Source of the DNA: Balanoglossus misakiensis
Taxonomy: Eukaryota > Animalia > Hemichordata
Assembly (NCBI GenBank): GCA_040954595.2
Contig: CM082584.2
Span: 3,538,110 to 3,602,109, forward strand
DNA: 64,000 nucleotides
Direction: 5' to 3'
This document shows, one piece after another, positions 38,834 through 51,959 of this stretch. The notes beneath the pieces are model-generated. The model was not told where the DNA came from, ran no database searches, and saw only the letters and a list, made by a program, of their open reading frames with translations. Each line of letters starts with the position of its first letter. Positions within the stretch are counted from its first letter, which is position 1. A program made the position numbers and the translations under genes.

Positions 38834-41800
38834 GTGTACTTGTAAGTGACTATATGTTATAACTTATATCATAGACATGCCAACTGTGAGTGATGGAGAC
38901 AATACATGCAGAGAGACAGAAAATGTTACCTTAGTATGTGATGTGGATTCTAACCCCGAACCATCGGAATACAGATGGACGATGGGTGGCATTTCGTTAT
39001 CAAACTCTCCGACGTACACTATCTACAACATCCATCGAAGTGAAGAGGGTAATTACACCTGTAGTGTGGTCACTGTCTTTTATGACGGCACCAATGCTAC
39101 TGACGGTGGCACTACCCATCTCTGGGTTGAATGTAAGTCGACATTTGCAACAACAAAAGGAATAGCAACAACAACGCCGACGTCGACAACGATGACGATG
39201 ATGCTTATGAAGATGATGATGATGAATGCTAAAAAATAAGAGACTTACAGTATTACAAGTTTGGCATAGTTGTCCTTTTTAAAGATTGTATCTAAATCGG
39301 ATTATTGCGGTGTTCATGCCAAGGAGTTTTCGATTTGAAGGTAAATCGTTTTAAATACAGGTTAATAGTACGAATGGAAACACCACATTTAACACCGGTT
39401 TGTATGCATGTTGAAACGTCTTAAAATGTAACTTATGACCGAGAATGACCCACCCACATTCTTTGTCTTGTCTAGACTTGTCGGATGTTATCATGACGAT
39501 ATCGCCATCAAAAATAACGGAAGGTGACGACGTGACAATCGAATGTCACGCCATAGATGGCAAACCCGAACCTTACAAGATCGAGTTAACACATGATGGG
39601 AATTTGCTACATCAAAATGACAGCCAGGAGTTATATTATAGCATCACCGACATCACTCCAACTAGTAGCGGGTTATACAAGTGTAATGCTTATACCAGTT
39701 TCTCCGACCAAAGTGTACATCACTCAACCGCCCAAGAACAACTAACCGTGCACTGTAAGTAAACTTTGAGCTTCAAGGCATAGAACATTAGTATTGCCAT
39801 TTGTCTGTGTAAGTCAGTTCAGTGACTATAGGTAATGTGAGCACATTTGTGTCTGACTCCTTATAGATTAAAAATGAAATTCTTATTGTCTGGCCAGCAC
39901 CGTTAACCTTTGCCTCTTCTGTCATTGTATTCCTTTAGATTCTCCGCGCTTAATTCCCGAAGAGGAAAACACATTCCAAGCCTCGATAGGTGACGATATA
40001 GACATGAATTGTACAGTTCACGGAATGCCTCAACCAACAATAACATGGCGAGATGTAAATAATGAAGTAATTGGGGATGGTGATGACAACCTGAACATCG
40101 GCCCAACAGAGACTAAAGAAACTATTGTCAGCAGCGTCCTTACAGTTACCATTGCTGAAAACAAATATTATGGCAATTATACTTGTACAGCATCCAACGG
40201 GGAAGGTGCCGATGGCTCGCAAATGTGGATAGTTTCTGCGGCCGCAGGTAAGTGATTTATGATTATACATTAGGTATATTACGTATAGTTATATTTCACT
40301 TTATTTCTGTACTGAATAGGTTAAGTCCTATGATGTGTTTATTGTAAGTGCACGACGTTGCTGCTGGTAACTTAAATTCAAGACAACACGATCAAAACTC
40401 AAATTTTCGTCGAACAGAACTGTGTGACCTCTACGTTCTTTCTGTATTGCATAGACTTTATTTTCACTTGCTGCACTTGTGAAAGTATTGCCGCAGTATA
40501 TACCGCATCACTGACCTGCATGTATGGCACAGATCATGCGCAGAGTACATGGAGTTCTTGGGGCTCAACTTGTCTCTCTACAAAACGCGTTCCTTGATTT
40601 TATGATTAATACATTGCCTCACCTTCTCTAGTCACGAAAATATCAGACACATTTATCTTTACAGCTTCAAATGGTACGAATGTCGTCGCAATTGTAGTTG
40701 TGGTGGTGGTTGTTGCTATTCTCATAATAATTCCAGTTGCTGTGATACTTTATCGAAAACAAAAATCAAAGAAACGACGCGATGATGGAAATGGTAAGTA
40801 AAATCATGTCTACGTGTGTCAACCATTGCATCTAGCTTCTGAACGTTTCTCCATAGAGAAGATGCATGTTCGGCTATTATATGTGTAGTAATGATGGGAA
40901 TTCAAGAAAAATATGAATTTTATCATTTGTCTAAGTAAAATCATTTTTCTTAGTACTATACATGATTGATACATGTACTTTCCATTCAGGATAGCCAAAT
41001 CATATATATATATATATATATTTCCATGGTATTCATTGTGTTACATGTCCTTTACTTTTGAAGAATATGTCACTTACGGGTAAGTGTATTTCCAACGTTA
41101 TTAGCTTAGATGTTACTGCAAGTTGATGCATGTTCGGCTACTTTAGTGTTTCTACATTCAAAATTATATTAGATTTAGATGAATACAGTGGCTTTACAGA
41201 AATGTGGACCTTAATTTATGTATTCCAGAAAGTTATTGTCAATGACGTGCACAAAGGTTGCAATCTGATCATATTCTATCCGCATTCCGTCATTCTTCAA
41301 AACATAATTATTTACACGAAATTTAGTGAACACATCTTAATAAAAGTTATGTCTATTTTAATTTCGTTACCGATAATAGGAAGAATGATGAAGACGTCCA
41401 GTTGAATACTACATCAGATAGACCTGAACCTTATGGTATAGCCAGCGAAGACGAAGTTAACCCGTATGCAGGTGCATTATAATACAGTCTTGAAGCACAC
41501 ATGTAATCATGTAGTAGTAATTGTTCTTTTCGATATGAACTCTAATCCTGAGGCTAATACAGTATTTGATATTTGCGTGAAGTCAAGTGTGAGTGCAGTT
41601 CACTTTTTGTAAGGTAAAAAGTTAGACTCTGTAGCAATAACAGTGACAATGGTATTATTATTTTGTGTTAAACAATAGAAGCAGCAAACATCGGAACGTT
41701 TCTCGGCCTGCCAGTAAGCACTAAAGATGAAAATGAGGGTTACACATTAATTAATACAGGAACAGGAGAGAAGAAAGAGCAAAACGACAATGACATTGAA

Positions 41801-43725
41801 CACCTGTATGCCAAACTACAGAAAAGCTCCAAGAAAAGAGTGAGTAACATTAATAACATGACGACGTTAACATGTATGCACAACGAATGAGGCAGGTTAG
41901 CATTATCAAATAACTTGTCATATCTCATTTCAACTGCAGAACGGTTTTGTATAAGTCCTCTAGATCTCCTTTGATCTATTTGGCTGTATGTCTGTATGTC
42001 TGTCTGACTCCGTCTATGTCTCTTTCTCTCAACAGGGAGCATCAGCAACAGCAGCCACCCTTGGTAATCAGTAATCAATATATTGATTTATACCAAACAC
42101 ATTCCAATTAATAATTATGCCCCATCAAAGTATTTAAGTTAAATTAGTTACGGTACATCGGTGATCTACATTTTTATTCTTTGTATATAAAATATATTAG
42201 GTTTAGATATTGGCAGGTTTTTCACATCCAGAATTTACTGATCATTAAGCTTGCAAGCTATCAATCGAATTCAGGTTTAAGTTAATTTTTTCTTTATTTT
42301 TTCCTTTCAAAAAGCAGCTGTGAAAACCCTTCCATCTGGTACAAATGCCACTAGTGTTGAACAGGCTGACTTGTCACGTTCAGGCATTCCAACAGAGGAA
42401 AACAAGCGAGTTTATGAACTTTACGACCAAATCTTATCTACAGAATCGACAAAACCGGTAAGCTGAGTCAATATTTACCATGCTCTTATTATAATTACAC
42501 CTTTATAGACCGTTCTCATTCATCTTTTGGCTAATCTTTAATCCGTAGAATTCAAAAAATGTAAAGTTTCTTGAGAAATCCGGCATGTTTTAGCGGTGCA
42601 AACAATTTTGCCTAAGAAGTTCTATTGATATTTTTATGATAATTGTGTATACATGCTTCATTTTCTTTGTCCTGCTAACTCCATTTCTTCGAATACAAGT
42701 GTGATTGTTAGAAACATGTTGTCGCTGATATTCTAAGCAAAATAACATCAAGTAAGACAAGTAGATAACATGTAAACATGTATACATCTCTGCACTTACT
42801 TTATTTGCTTTCGCATTCGTTTACAGGTCGGCGACGCTAAACAAAACAAAGACAATCCTGATAGAAAAGGTACATATGATTTGTTTTTCAATATGATATG
42901 CGTTCTATCTAATAGAAACGGCGACGACGAAAAAGGGGAAAGCGAAATCGTATTTTTGCGGAAGAACATAGTATGTCATGGTGAACTTACCAATAATCTC
43001 CTCTGATTTGCAAAAACACACACTTAAACTCACATACCAATCCATGTCTAATTTTCCTATCACCCCATAAATTAAATTATCTTATATTGGCACTTGCAAA
43101 CAGTGGATCATTGCATGTAACGAAAGTCTTAGTCTTAGTAATGATAATGTTATACTCTTTGAATTTTAAACCATGGTACTAATACTACTGTCCCCACTTC
43201 TACTAACATGCACTAATTCATTATGTAGCCACTACTTCTACTAACAATACTAATCACAATAATTCATACTGGCTTCTTTGTTGAAATCCAGATACTAATA
43301 CATTTGTTAATTCCGCGGACACTTAACCATCAATTTTGTGTTCCTGCACGATGTCATGAGCAGACAAACTTATGGCACAGATCAGAGTCATCAACGGTAG
43401 TTTAATTTCTGTTTGCACAAGTACTCTGAGTGCATGCCTACTCTATGTTGAATTTTTCTTTATGTACCATCATTATACCTGCAAACGTCATTTTTGCAGC
43501 GATAGTGGTGCATTTTCAAACCGTGTACTGAGGCCACAAAATGCATCACTGAGAATGATGCGTCCGTACACCACTCTTTCCAATTATATCAATACATCAT
43601 ATGGGTATCTATTACACCACCGACTATGTCGACATCGTAGGTTTTTCCAAATTTAAGGATACACTCCTAAAATTCACAGGAACTGATTAGGGCTTTTTCT
43701 GGCATGTCCTGTCAAATGGACATTA

Positions 43726-45775
43726 CAGGGAAAATTAATTGAGTGTCCGGTTTGGATTTCTGGGTTTGACAACTTTCTTTATCGCTGGCCAGTACAGAAG
43801 TCAAACATTGTAGCAAGTTGAATTCCAAAGGGAGCGTACGCATATTTTCTCTGCAATGCATTGCTCCACTGCACAGTCGCGTACACACAATCAGACTTCG
43901 CACGCAATTTGTTTTTAAACTTTCATGTTTTTTTTAAATAAACCTTCAAACGTTGATCAAGAAAATTCCAGTGGTAGTTCATGTTAAATAGTTAATTTGT
44001 GACCGATAATAAACTGAGTACAACGCTGAACTCAAAACAATCAACATTACTGAACTTTAAATCGTATCATGACTGCCGATGTTTCAGATTATTCATCTAC
44101 TATTATATAGCCAGTTTCTTGGGGCAAGTGATTTCCCTGACGGCATCATATACAGCGACAGACAGTTTGGCATGAAGGAGTCTTTCACTTTACTGACAGT
44201 GTTCGACGGGTTCAGATAGACTTGAACTTTTTGCTGACAGATACTAAAGTACCCCTTGGAATATATCCTGTATTTTTGTCGGCTCCATTTTCTTCAAGTT
44301 CAGACAAAAAAAGTGTTCGCAGATCTCTACTCAACGAATGTCCACGTTGAAATTGCCTACCTTTGATTTATGTATGAAACATTTTGGCGCTCTCACTCAT
44401 CAGAATTGTTGACTGCAATCATGGACATGCTGCAATGGAAGAAACCAAACCAGCAGAGAGAGTCATACCCATCGTTTTTCTTTCATTGAAACGTTCAATA
44501 TTACGCGAGTAATCATGGTGGCCTATTATTTGGTGAATTTTTGGAAAATATTGACTAGTTCTCCAAATTTTGCAAACTCTTCCGACAAGATGAGTAAGAA
44601 ATGCAAGTGTGAGAATGTACGCTCGCGGCCCATACCCCTCATTAAAAATAGTCGATCTCTGGCGAAGAAAAGTCGATACTTTTACGCAAATATTGTGCCA
44701 AGAAGGCAGAAACTTGAAAATTGGCCGCGACGTAAACAGTACCTGCAATTTCCCGCAAAATGAACACACCCAGAGCAAGTTCGGTTGCTGTTGAAGACTT
44801 TCTTCGAAATATTGATCCAATGCTTGGACAATATGCCAGTGATTTTCGTCGGTTGGATTTTGTGAACACAACTCATATGAAATTTCTGAAACCAAGAGAT
44901 CTGGAGAAGTTCACGTGCAAAGTTAGTGATGTTCACCGGAGAATGTTGCTGAACGCCGTTGCAAAACTACAAACACCCAGTTCAAAACTGGGTTTGCGGG
45001 ATGAATAAAGCCCAAAGGCGCACGAAGGACTTTAAGAAACAAGGTGACATCGTGATTGCTGACAATGCTCCGATACATCACCACGAAGGCGAACTGATTC
45101 TCTCAAACTGGTTGGAAACTCTTGGAATGGAATACACTTTCACTCTGGCATATTCTCCCGATCTGAACCCCGTTGAACACTGTTTCGGTAAAGTGAAAAA
45201 ACTCTTGAAAGCTGAACGATTTCGCGGTCTCCTTCATGCCAAACTGTCTGTCGCTGTATATGATGACGTCAGGGAAATCACTTGCTATAAAGATACAGCG
45301 AAATATTTGACACTGGCTATATAATAGTAGAAGAATAATCTGAAACATCGGCAGTCATGATACGATTTAAAGTTCAGTCATGTTGATTGTTTTGAGTTCA
45401 GCGTTTGGAAAGCGTTGTACTTTGTCATGCGGGTGGACAATGTGGAAGGTCAACTTCCATTTCATTTCATGGCGTCGGTATACTCAGTTTATTATCGGTC
45501 ACAACTCAACTGTTAAACATGAACTACCACTGGAATTTTCTTGTTCAACGTTTGAAGGTTTATTTAAAAAAAACATGAAAGTTTAAAAACAAATTGCGTG
45601 CGAAGTCTGATTGTGTGTACGTGACTGTGCAGTGAAGCAATGCATTGTAGAGACAATATGTGTACGCTCCCTTTGGAATTCAACTTGCTATAATGTTTGA
45701 CTTCTGTACTGGCCAGCGATAAAGAAAGTTGTCAAACCCAGAAATCCAAACCGGACACTCAATTAATTTTCCCTG
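43726..45775. mobile_element. IS630/Tc1-like element with long TIRs, DD37E transposase remnants and a SAM-like ORF
   Basis: TA|CAGGGAAAATTAATTGAGTGTCCGG...CCCTG|TA. Contains DNAPIH...YSPDLNPVE (~45060-45177, +), a paired-like HTH on the minus strand (~44220-44370) and SAM-like ORF 44760-45008. Absent from copy 2. Confidence 0.85.
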
Positions 45776-48704
45776 TAATGTCTGCTGTGAGTAATGTCGC
45801 ATTTTATGCATACGCGCGAGCAGGTGTTATACTTTTCAGTTTGTCTGATGAAGGTTATTAGCTTTATGATTCTAATGTTGCAACATTTCCCTATTTTAGT
45901 GTCCGCCAGCTCCGTGCGCTTTGAAGAGCAGGTTGAAGCGGTAGGCAAGGTAGGTTCAGCTTGTCTTTGATAGCTGTGACGTGTTTGTAGTCTGTGTAGT
46001 CTGAGCCTTTGCACGAACTCTGAACTCGTGACCTCTTTATCTCTATAACAGGTTTCAATGTTTAAGGCTGCGTTCGAATTCGCTCGTTCACTCTGATTAC
46101 ACTGTGGCCTAAAAAGTCAACATTGTTCCATTTTATCGTCATATTACCCACTGCCGTAAATATGATTTAATACTTAGACCGGTAAAGAGGGAGAACCCAC
46201 CTATGCTGATTTGGATCTGTCAGGCAGCAAATTGGGAAGGGGGACTGAAGTAAAACCACCGCCAAGGGAGACAACGGAGTACGCCTCTCTCAAGTTTTAG
46301 TGCGTTAATCTCTGCATATATGTATATTTTACTGTCAGAAATTTTCATAACACAGACACACCCATGTAATATGCAGCGAGTTGTTTATTGTACACTATTC
46401 GTGTCATCTACTCTCATAATTGAATTAAATGTCATGTATTTCATTTCTCAGCATATTCTGTTTAGTTAGCAAGTACTGTCATTTCACTGTCTTTCATGTT
46501 TACATTTGAATATATAATGTCCCTATTTAGGTGTTCGCATATTGAGAAACAGAGAGGAAATAGTCACGGGTTTCAAGTTTGTTTAAGCTAGTTTCATACG
46601 AAATTTACATAGTATTTTCAGTCCCGATTAATTTATTTACAGCACGAACGAGAAAATGAAAAACCGAAATAAAAGTTAATATCACTTAGAAATACAACAA
46701 AACTTATTTTATTCATGAATAATTACATTGATTAACAGAACCAGAATATTTTTAAATACTAGCGTCAGATCCCATTTTTATTCCAAACAGGTCATACACG
46801 TTTCGGCCCGAATTGGGCTATTTGAGTAAATTAATGCGAAAGGTTTGCATTTCAAATTCGTCTTTGTATAAGTCATGCTTTGTTTTAGATTATAATTCAT
46901 TTAGTGTATGCCATGTGGGAGGGTTATCAATCTAGTTAAGAAATTGTGCATATTTTGTGAGCTTTAAATTTGTTTGCAGGTATATATTTATTCAGAAACG
47001 TACAGGTCGGACTCATTTCAGTCTGGCCAACCTTGGTAAACCTGCTTTACCGATCATTTATTGAAAAATTTCGATAGGAATATTTGTTGTTTTTGAAGTA
47101 CCAACTACTGATAATAATCGACATGTTTATTCTGTGAATTGTACAGCGTGCTCATGATATCAATGTCCGTTTCTCATGCAATGTCAGTTTACCCAGGAAT
47201 AATAGCTTTTTTATGTTATCTTGTGTAGATAGTTGTCTGTAAACAGGTCAAAGTTTGTTACGAGACGCTCCACCGTTTGGGTGTACATATCATAGAATCG
47301 GTGCCAAGTGTTCGACAATAAAATAATTTATAGAATTTTGAATCCTGTGAGCAGATGACTGTTCATTGGTACAAAAATGCAACACATATATGTACACATG
47401 CGTGGATAGGGACCGTTTAATTAAAAATCGCACAAGTCGCAGGGAAATGAATGTGGGGATAGACATGCAAACACGGACAGAAAGAAACAAGACACATAGA
47501 CCGACAAGAGAGGGGAAGACGGGACCGGCAGAAGAAACAAATAAAATGCGCATACCCCAGCTGACCTAGCATAAGTCGCACAGACATGTAGTGATTAGAA
47601 ACATGATGAAAACTTAGAATTGAATGAGTTCATCATAGTTATATTCACACACCAGAAGGTCATATTGCCCAGTGTGGAAATCATTAGAGTGATTGATCAT
47701 ATGGCTGGTCCATATATATCTGCGTGACTGTTTAAGCTGTTGACTTATTTTAGATTTCTCTTTGGATCAGTGAATGACCCACACCCTATAATCAAATAAC
47801 AAATCACACCCACACATGTTGAATGCGTGGAATTGCCCGTTCCTCGAATTGTAAAATCCTTATGTAATGTCAAATTCGCAAAGAAAAATAAGAAACCACT
47901 TCGTGTAAGTTGAAGTGCTTGGATGAAAGGTTTTCTATACGTCAACGCCTACACAAACATAACAATAATTGTGTGGTTGTCATAATTTAATAACGTTCTG
48001 TTCAGTGTCTAAAACTCGTGTTGAAAACAAGGTGGCCAGGCAGGACATTGGCGATGCCAATGGTGGTTAGCTACGCCCCAAACAGTAAGACCAGCTCTAA
48101 TCCGATAAAATCAGGGTGATTTATTAAAGCACCGTGCCAGGTCTGTGTTGACACACACGTCGATATTATCGACATCCTGTGCATTTCCCGGAGCAAAGTT
48201 TACTGCGAGCCTTGCTTAGGTCTCCAAACATCGGGCCTTATCGTACAGTAGACCGATAAATATATTTACTTTGTGCTATTTCGTCACTCTGTGCAGCGAT
48301 AAGGTTAAACGAGTTTAACCTGCACAATTTTACAGATACGTAACTGGATTTCGTCGTGCAATTACTCGTGAATATGGATGTGGAATTTGGTTTAAAATTT
48401 GATCTTAATATTGAAGAGATAAACGCCACATTAACTTGTCAGATTCCAAACCATTGCGGAATCAAATATTTTATACAATAATTAGTATTTCACACGCAGT
48501 GAATAAATATTTATAATATTGAATATATTCAAGTGACAATTTCGAGAGAATTCCGTTGAGATATTTGCCACGTGTTTGCAATTTGGTTGGTTGGAAACAA
48601 ATTCCCGCATTTTCAGACTTAGCTACACAAGAATGAGGAACATTTTTATACAGAAAAAAAGTGCCGCGGACATGGTCGGTCAGCTCGCATCGATCGATCG
48701 ATGA

Positions 48705-49223
48705 GGGTGACGCTTTTTTTTATTTGTTTCTCATCTCCAGAGGAATAGTCAGGCAGGGCGGGCGGGCGAAATGAAAAAAAAAACGTGTACCAAAAAAAAA
48801 ACCTGTTTCAGTTCCATGTTTTATCCATACAAACAAATGTGTAGGCCTATTTGTTTCTGTTCAATGTTCTGGCTGTTCAGTCATTGCAATTTCTTATCTT
48901 TCAGTCCAGTGTTTTGTGCTCTCTGTCCTTTTATCACTATAATTTCTTGTCTTTCACTTTAATGCTCTGTCCTTTCATTCTCTACAATTTCTTCCCTTTC
49001 CTCCGGCCTCGATGGATTCAGCCATGGTCCGACACGACCGCCATGATGAATATGACGTCATATTTGCAAAATCTCACAATTAGCCGTTGGGGGCGCTGTT
49101 GCTAGGATGATCGCCTCAGGCTCAGAGTCGGCGCAAATAAAACAGTTTTTTTTATTTTCATGTCGGAGCTGAAATTTACGGTCGGTCGGGAGATGAGAAA
49201 CACAGAAAATAAAAACGTCACCC
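48705..49223. mobile_element. Harbinger-type MITE near the duplication junction
   Basis: TGA|GGGTGACG...TTTCTCATCTCC ... GGAGATGAGAAA...CGTCACCC|TGA. Confidence 0.7.
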
Positions 49224-49320
49224 TGACGTCATGTCAGCAAAAAAAGTCACGTGGCAAATTCGTCGATGTGCATCTGAGGAAATATTGTGTATTTCCGCTT
49301 GGTTTATGGTTGTTATTGTA

Positions 49321-50584
49321 TAACAGAGAACACAGGAAACACGGCAATTAAGGAAGATGGGGATTGTTCATGCGCGGCAGTCGTGAATGAACTGGTCGAA
49401 GATGTAGACTTACTGTTTGTAAAGCAACAAGAAATATTGGCGCAAGTCGATTCGATCGAAGTCGACGACGACACTTTGCTGTCGCTGATATACCAAGAAA
49501 CCCTAGCGAGCGAGCAACAGGACCAGGATATCGAGAGTTTGGAAGCCAGTGTAAATGCACAAGAAGTGGTGGTAAATTCACTTCAGCAACAAGTAACAGA
49601 CCTCGTATTAATTTTACAATCGCACGCCTGTAAAGAAATAGATATTTACCCCTTTGTATCACAAGCTGTCTTATTTTTTTCTGGTATCAAGCATATTTTT
49701 ACAATATTATTTGTTTTTGGTACTTGTATCAGAATGTGCCCTTGGTTGGTACACCTTAGGGAATAAATGCTACTACGTTAACAGCATACAATCATATTCC
49801 TGGCACCAGGCAAGGGACAACTGTGAAGCAATGGATGCTCATTTGGCAAGGATCACCTCCTCGGAGGAGAATACTTATATCAACGGTTAGATAATTTACG
49901 TTTTCTTTTTGGTTCTCGTTATGTGTGTTGAAATGCAAATGTATGCGTCTGGATGATATATTTGTCATGGCCAGGTGCTTGGACTGATATAAAGCAATAG
50001 AAAATATAGAATTCCGTTCATTCGTATGTTATTGTATGTTGAAGTATTACATTCCAATTAATTAGTTTAACTGGACTGAGTGGACGAACTGGAAGTGTTA
50101 TAGAAAATGTATTAGGCTCACTGTTTTCCACAGGTCTTTATTCAGGATACTTGTGGATTGGGTTAAGTGACCTCACTGTTGAAGGAGTTTGGAGATGGAC
50201 TGATGCTTCTTTGGTGAGTAAGCTTGTGTACTTTGATACTTAGCTGGCAGACTTCCATAGTACCTCCTTTTCATGAGTCTAGCGCCCTCACATAGCCATC
50301 ATGAAATGTAACTCAAAGTGAGGTTAATGGGGAAAAGCTGATAAATAATTGAAGGAATGAATATACAATCATGCATTAACATTACGTCAAATACTTCACC
50401 ATTAAAATAAAAACTTATTTCATTTATATTACAGGTAACTTCTGGTTATCAAAATTGGAACAGTGGGGAACCAAACAACGGAGGCAACGGTGAAGATTGC
50501 TCATCAATACTCACCAGTGGGCAATGGAATGATGCCGGTTGTAATATTTTGTATGGCTACGTTTGTAAGAAATCAAGTGGCTAA
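49321..50584 (+). pseudogene. C-type lectin copy 2, 5'-truncated pseudogene
   Basis: Homology starts after the signal peptide. A deletion at ~49605 removes the end of exon 1 and its donor (GACCTCG|TATTAATTT). Later exons 49733-49885, 50134-50213 and 50435-50584 remain open. Confidence 0.75.
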
Positions 50585-51959
50585 TTGAAGGAAATCCATT
50601 GTTAGGTGTATATGAAATGCAATGGGACTGTAATCGGCTAACTAAAAAACGAGCCTGATAATCCAGCGATAATAAGACAAACGTTTGATTTTGTTCTGAC
50701 ACTCTGTAGACATTGTTGCTCTAATTCACTGGTATACATGCACTGTATGTGCAAAAAAATTGTTGGTGCTTTCAATGGTCAGCACATTTTACCAAGTTGA
50801 ATAATACAAGGTTGATGGTTTTATATTGATGGGCTTACATTTTGTCATGGCTAGTTTATCATGGCGTTTCACCAATGTATGTTGATACAGTGATAACCAA
50901 TAGTAGGGCAAATAGCTAGGTCGAAAGGCAGAAACCCTGTTCTTGCAATAAAGTAATGTACACTGATAAGATACTTCTGCACTTATGTTCTTGTCATCTT
51001 TTTCTCTATCTCACCCATTGTAAGTGACGGCACCCTCAACGTCAACGCTGGTGACTGCTAAAATCCATTAAATAATTTTGAGACATATCTTTTATGTGAA
51101 AATACGTTTCTCTGATAAAGCAGGGTTATTTGCAAATAGAAGATTATTATTAGAAAAAACCCAGGACAGTGGGTTTTATATTGATTTATAGCCTGGAGAA
51201 TGGAAGAGATAGTGCCTCTGAAAAAACATCAGATCACATAAGCGGTTATTACGACAAATGCACGTCTGCATGTACTTACCAAAGATGATCCATATTGTCT
51301 GCATGGATTGCCTGTCACTTAGAAATACCAGATGATACACTTGTCCCATTTTGAAAGTTGTGTCTGTGTAAGCTATTTTTCAATACAAGATATATATCAC
51401 TTTACAATGTATCACATTATTGGCATGACAACATGGTTTTTATTCGCATGTGGGATCCGCTTGTGGACTTATGCACGTGTTGCCGCCTGAGATCCATTTT
51501 ATGGGTTATGCTGATCATCATTGCCACCATGTACAAAATCACAGCTGAGGGGGCAACAGGTGATATGATCATCAGAAAGAATGACGTGGTTCATTACTCT
51601 AGTTGTATGTTCCGCTTATTCTTGACGTCTGTAGGGTCATGTCAATTGCCCTTTGAGTATGCAGATAAAAAGAAAAAAGATCGGACATCAAGAAAGCGTA
51701 TTGCTAAATAATTCCACTTTGACCGCAAACATTAGTATGTTTGTTTTTCTATCACTCGATTTCTTGGACTTCAACTGTCGAGGAAATCCCAAAGAGCGCC
51801 CTCAATTAATCGTGGTCCGTCACAATCAGCTCACATTGTCGTCCCCTTATTTGCACACAGATTGCGGGCACGTAGGTGTTTCCACACATCACTAACGCTC
51901 AGTATTTTTTAGTTTTCCGCATTCGGCATGTGATTCATCTATTTATTGAAGAGACGGCA

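Larger units (their letters stand above)
29729..46300 (+). pseudogene. IgSF receptor C copy 1, disrupted (frameshift in Ig2, Ig3-Ig4 deleted, ITIM L>P)
   Basis: Exons 29729-29795, 31275-31583, 32033-32319 (287 nt vs 288 in copy 2; GAAAGGCG vs GAACATGCG; TGA at 32164-32166), 33837-34097, 34305-34568, 38875-39132, 39476-39754, 39939-40247, TM 40665-40793, tail exons to 46178-46300. A ~1.2-kb deletion junction lies at ~32440. Confidence 0.8.
25928..47492 (+). repeat. Tandem segmental duplication, copy 1 (lectin + 9-Ig receptor)
   Basis: Colinear exons, introns and intergenic DNA with 49321-64000; differs by TE insertions and deletions. Confidence 0.9.
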
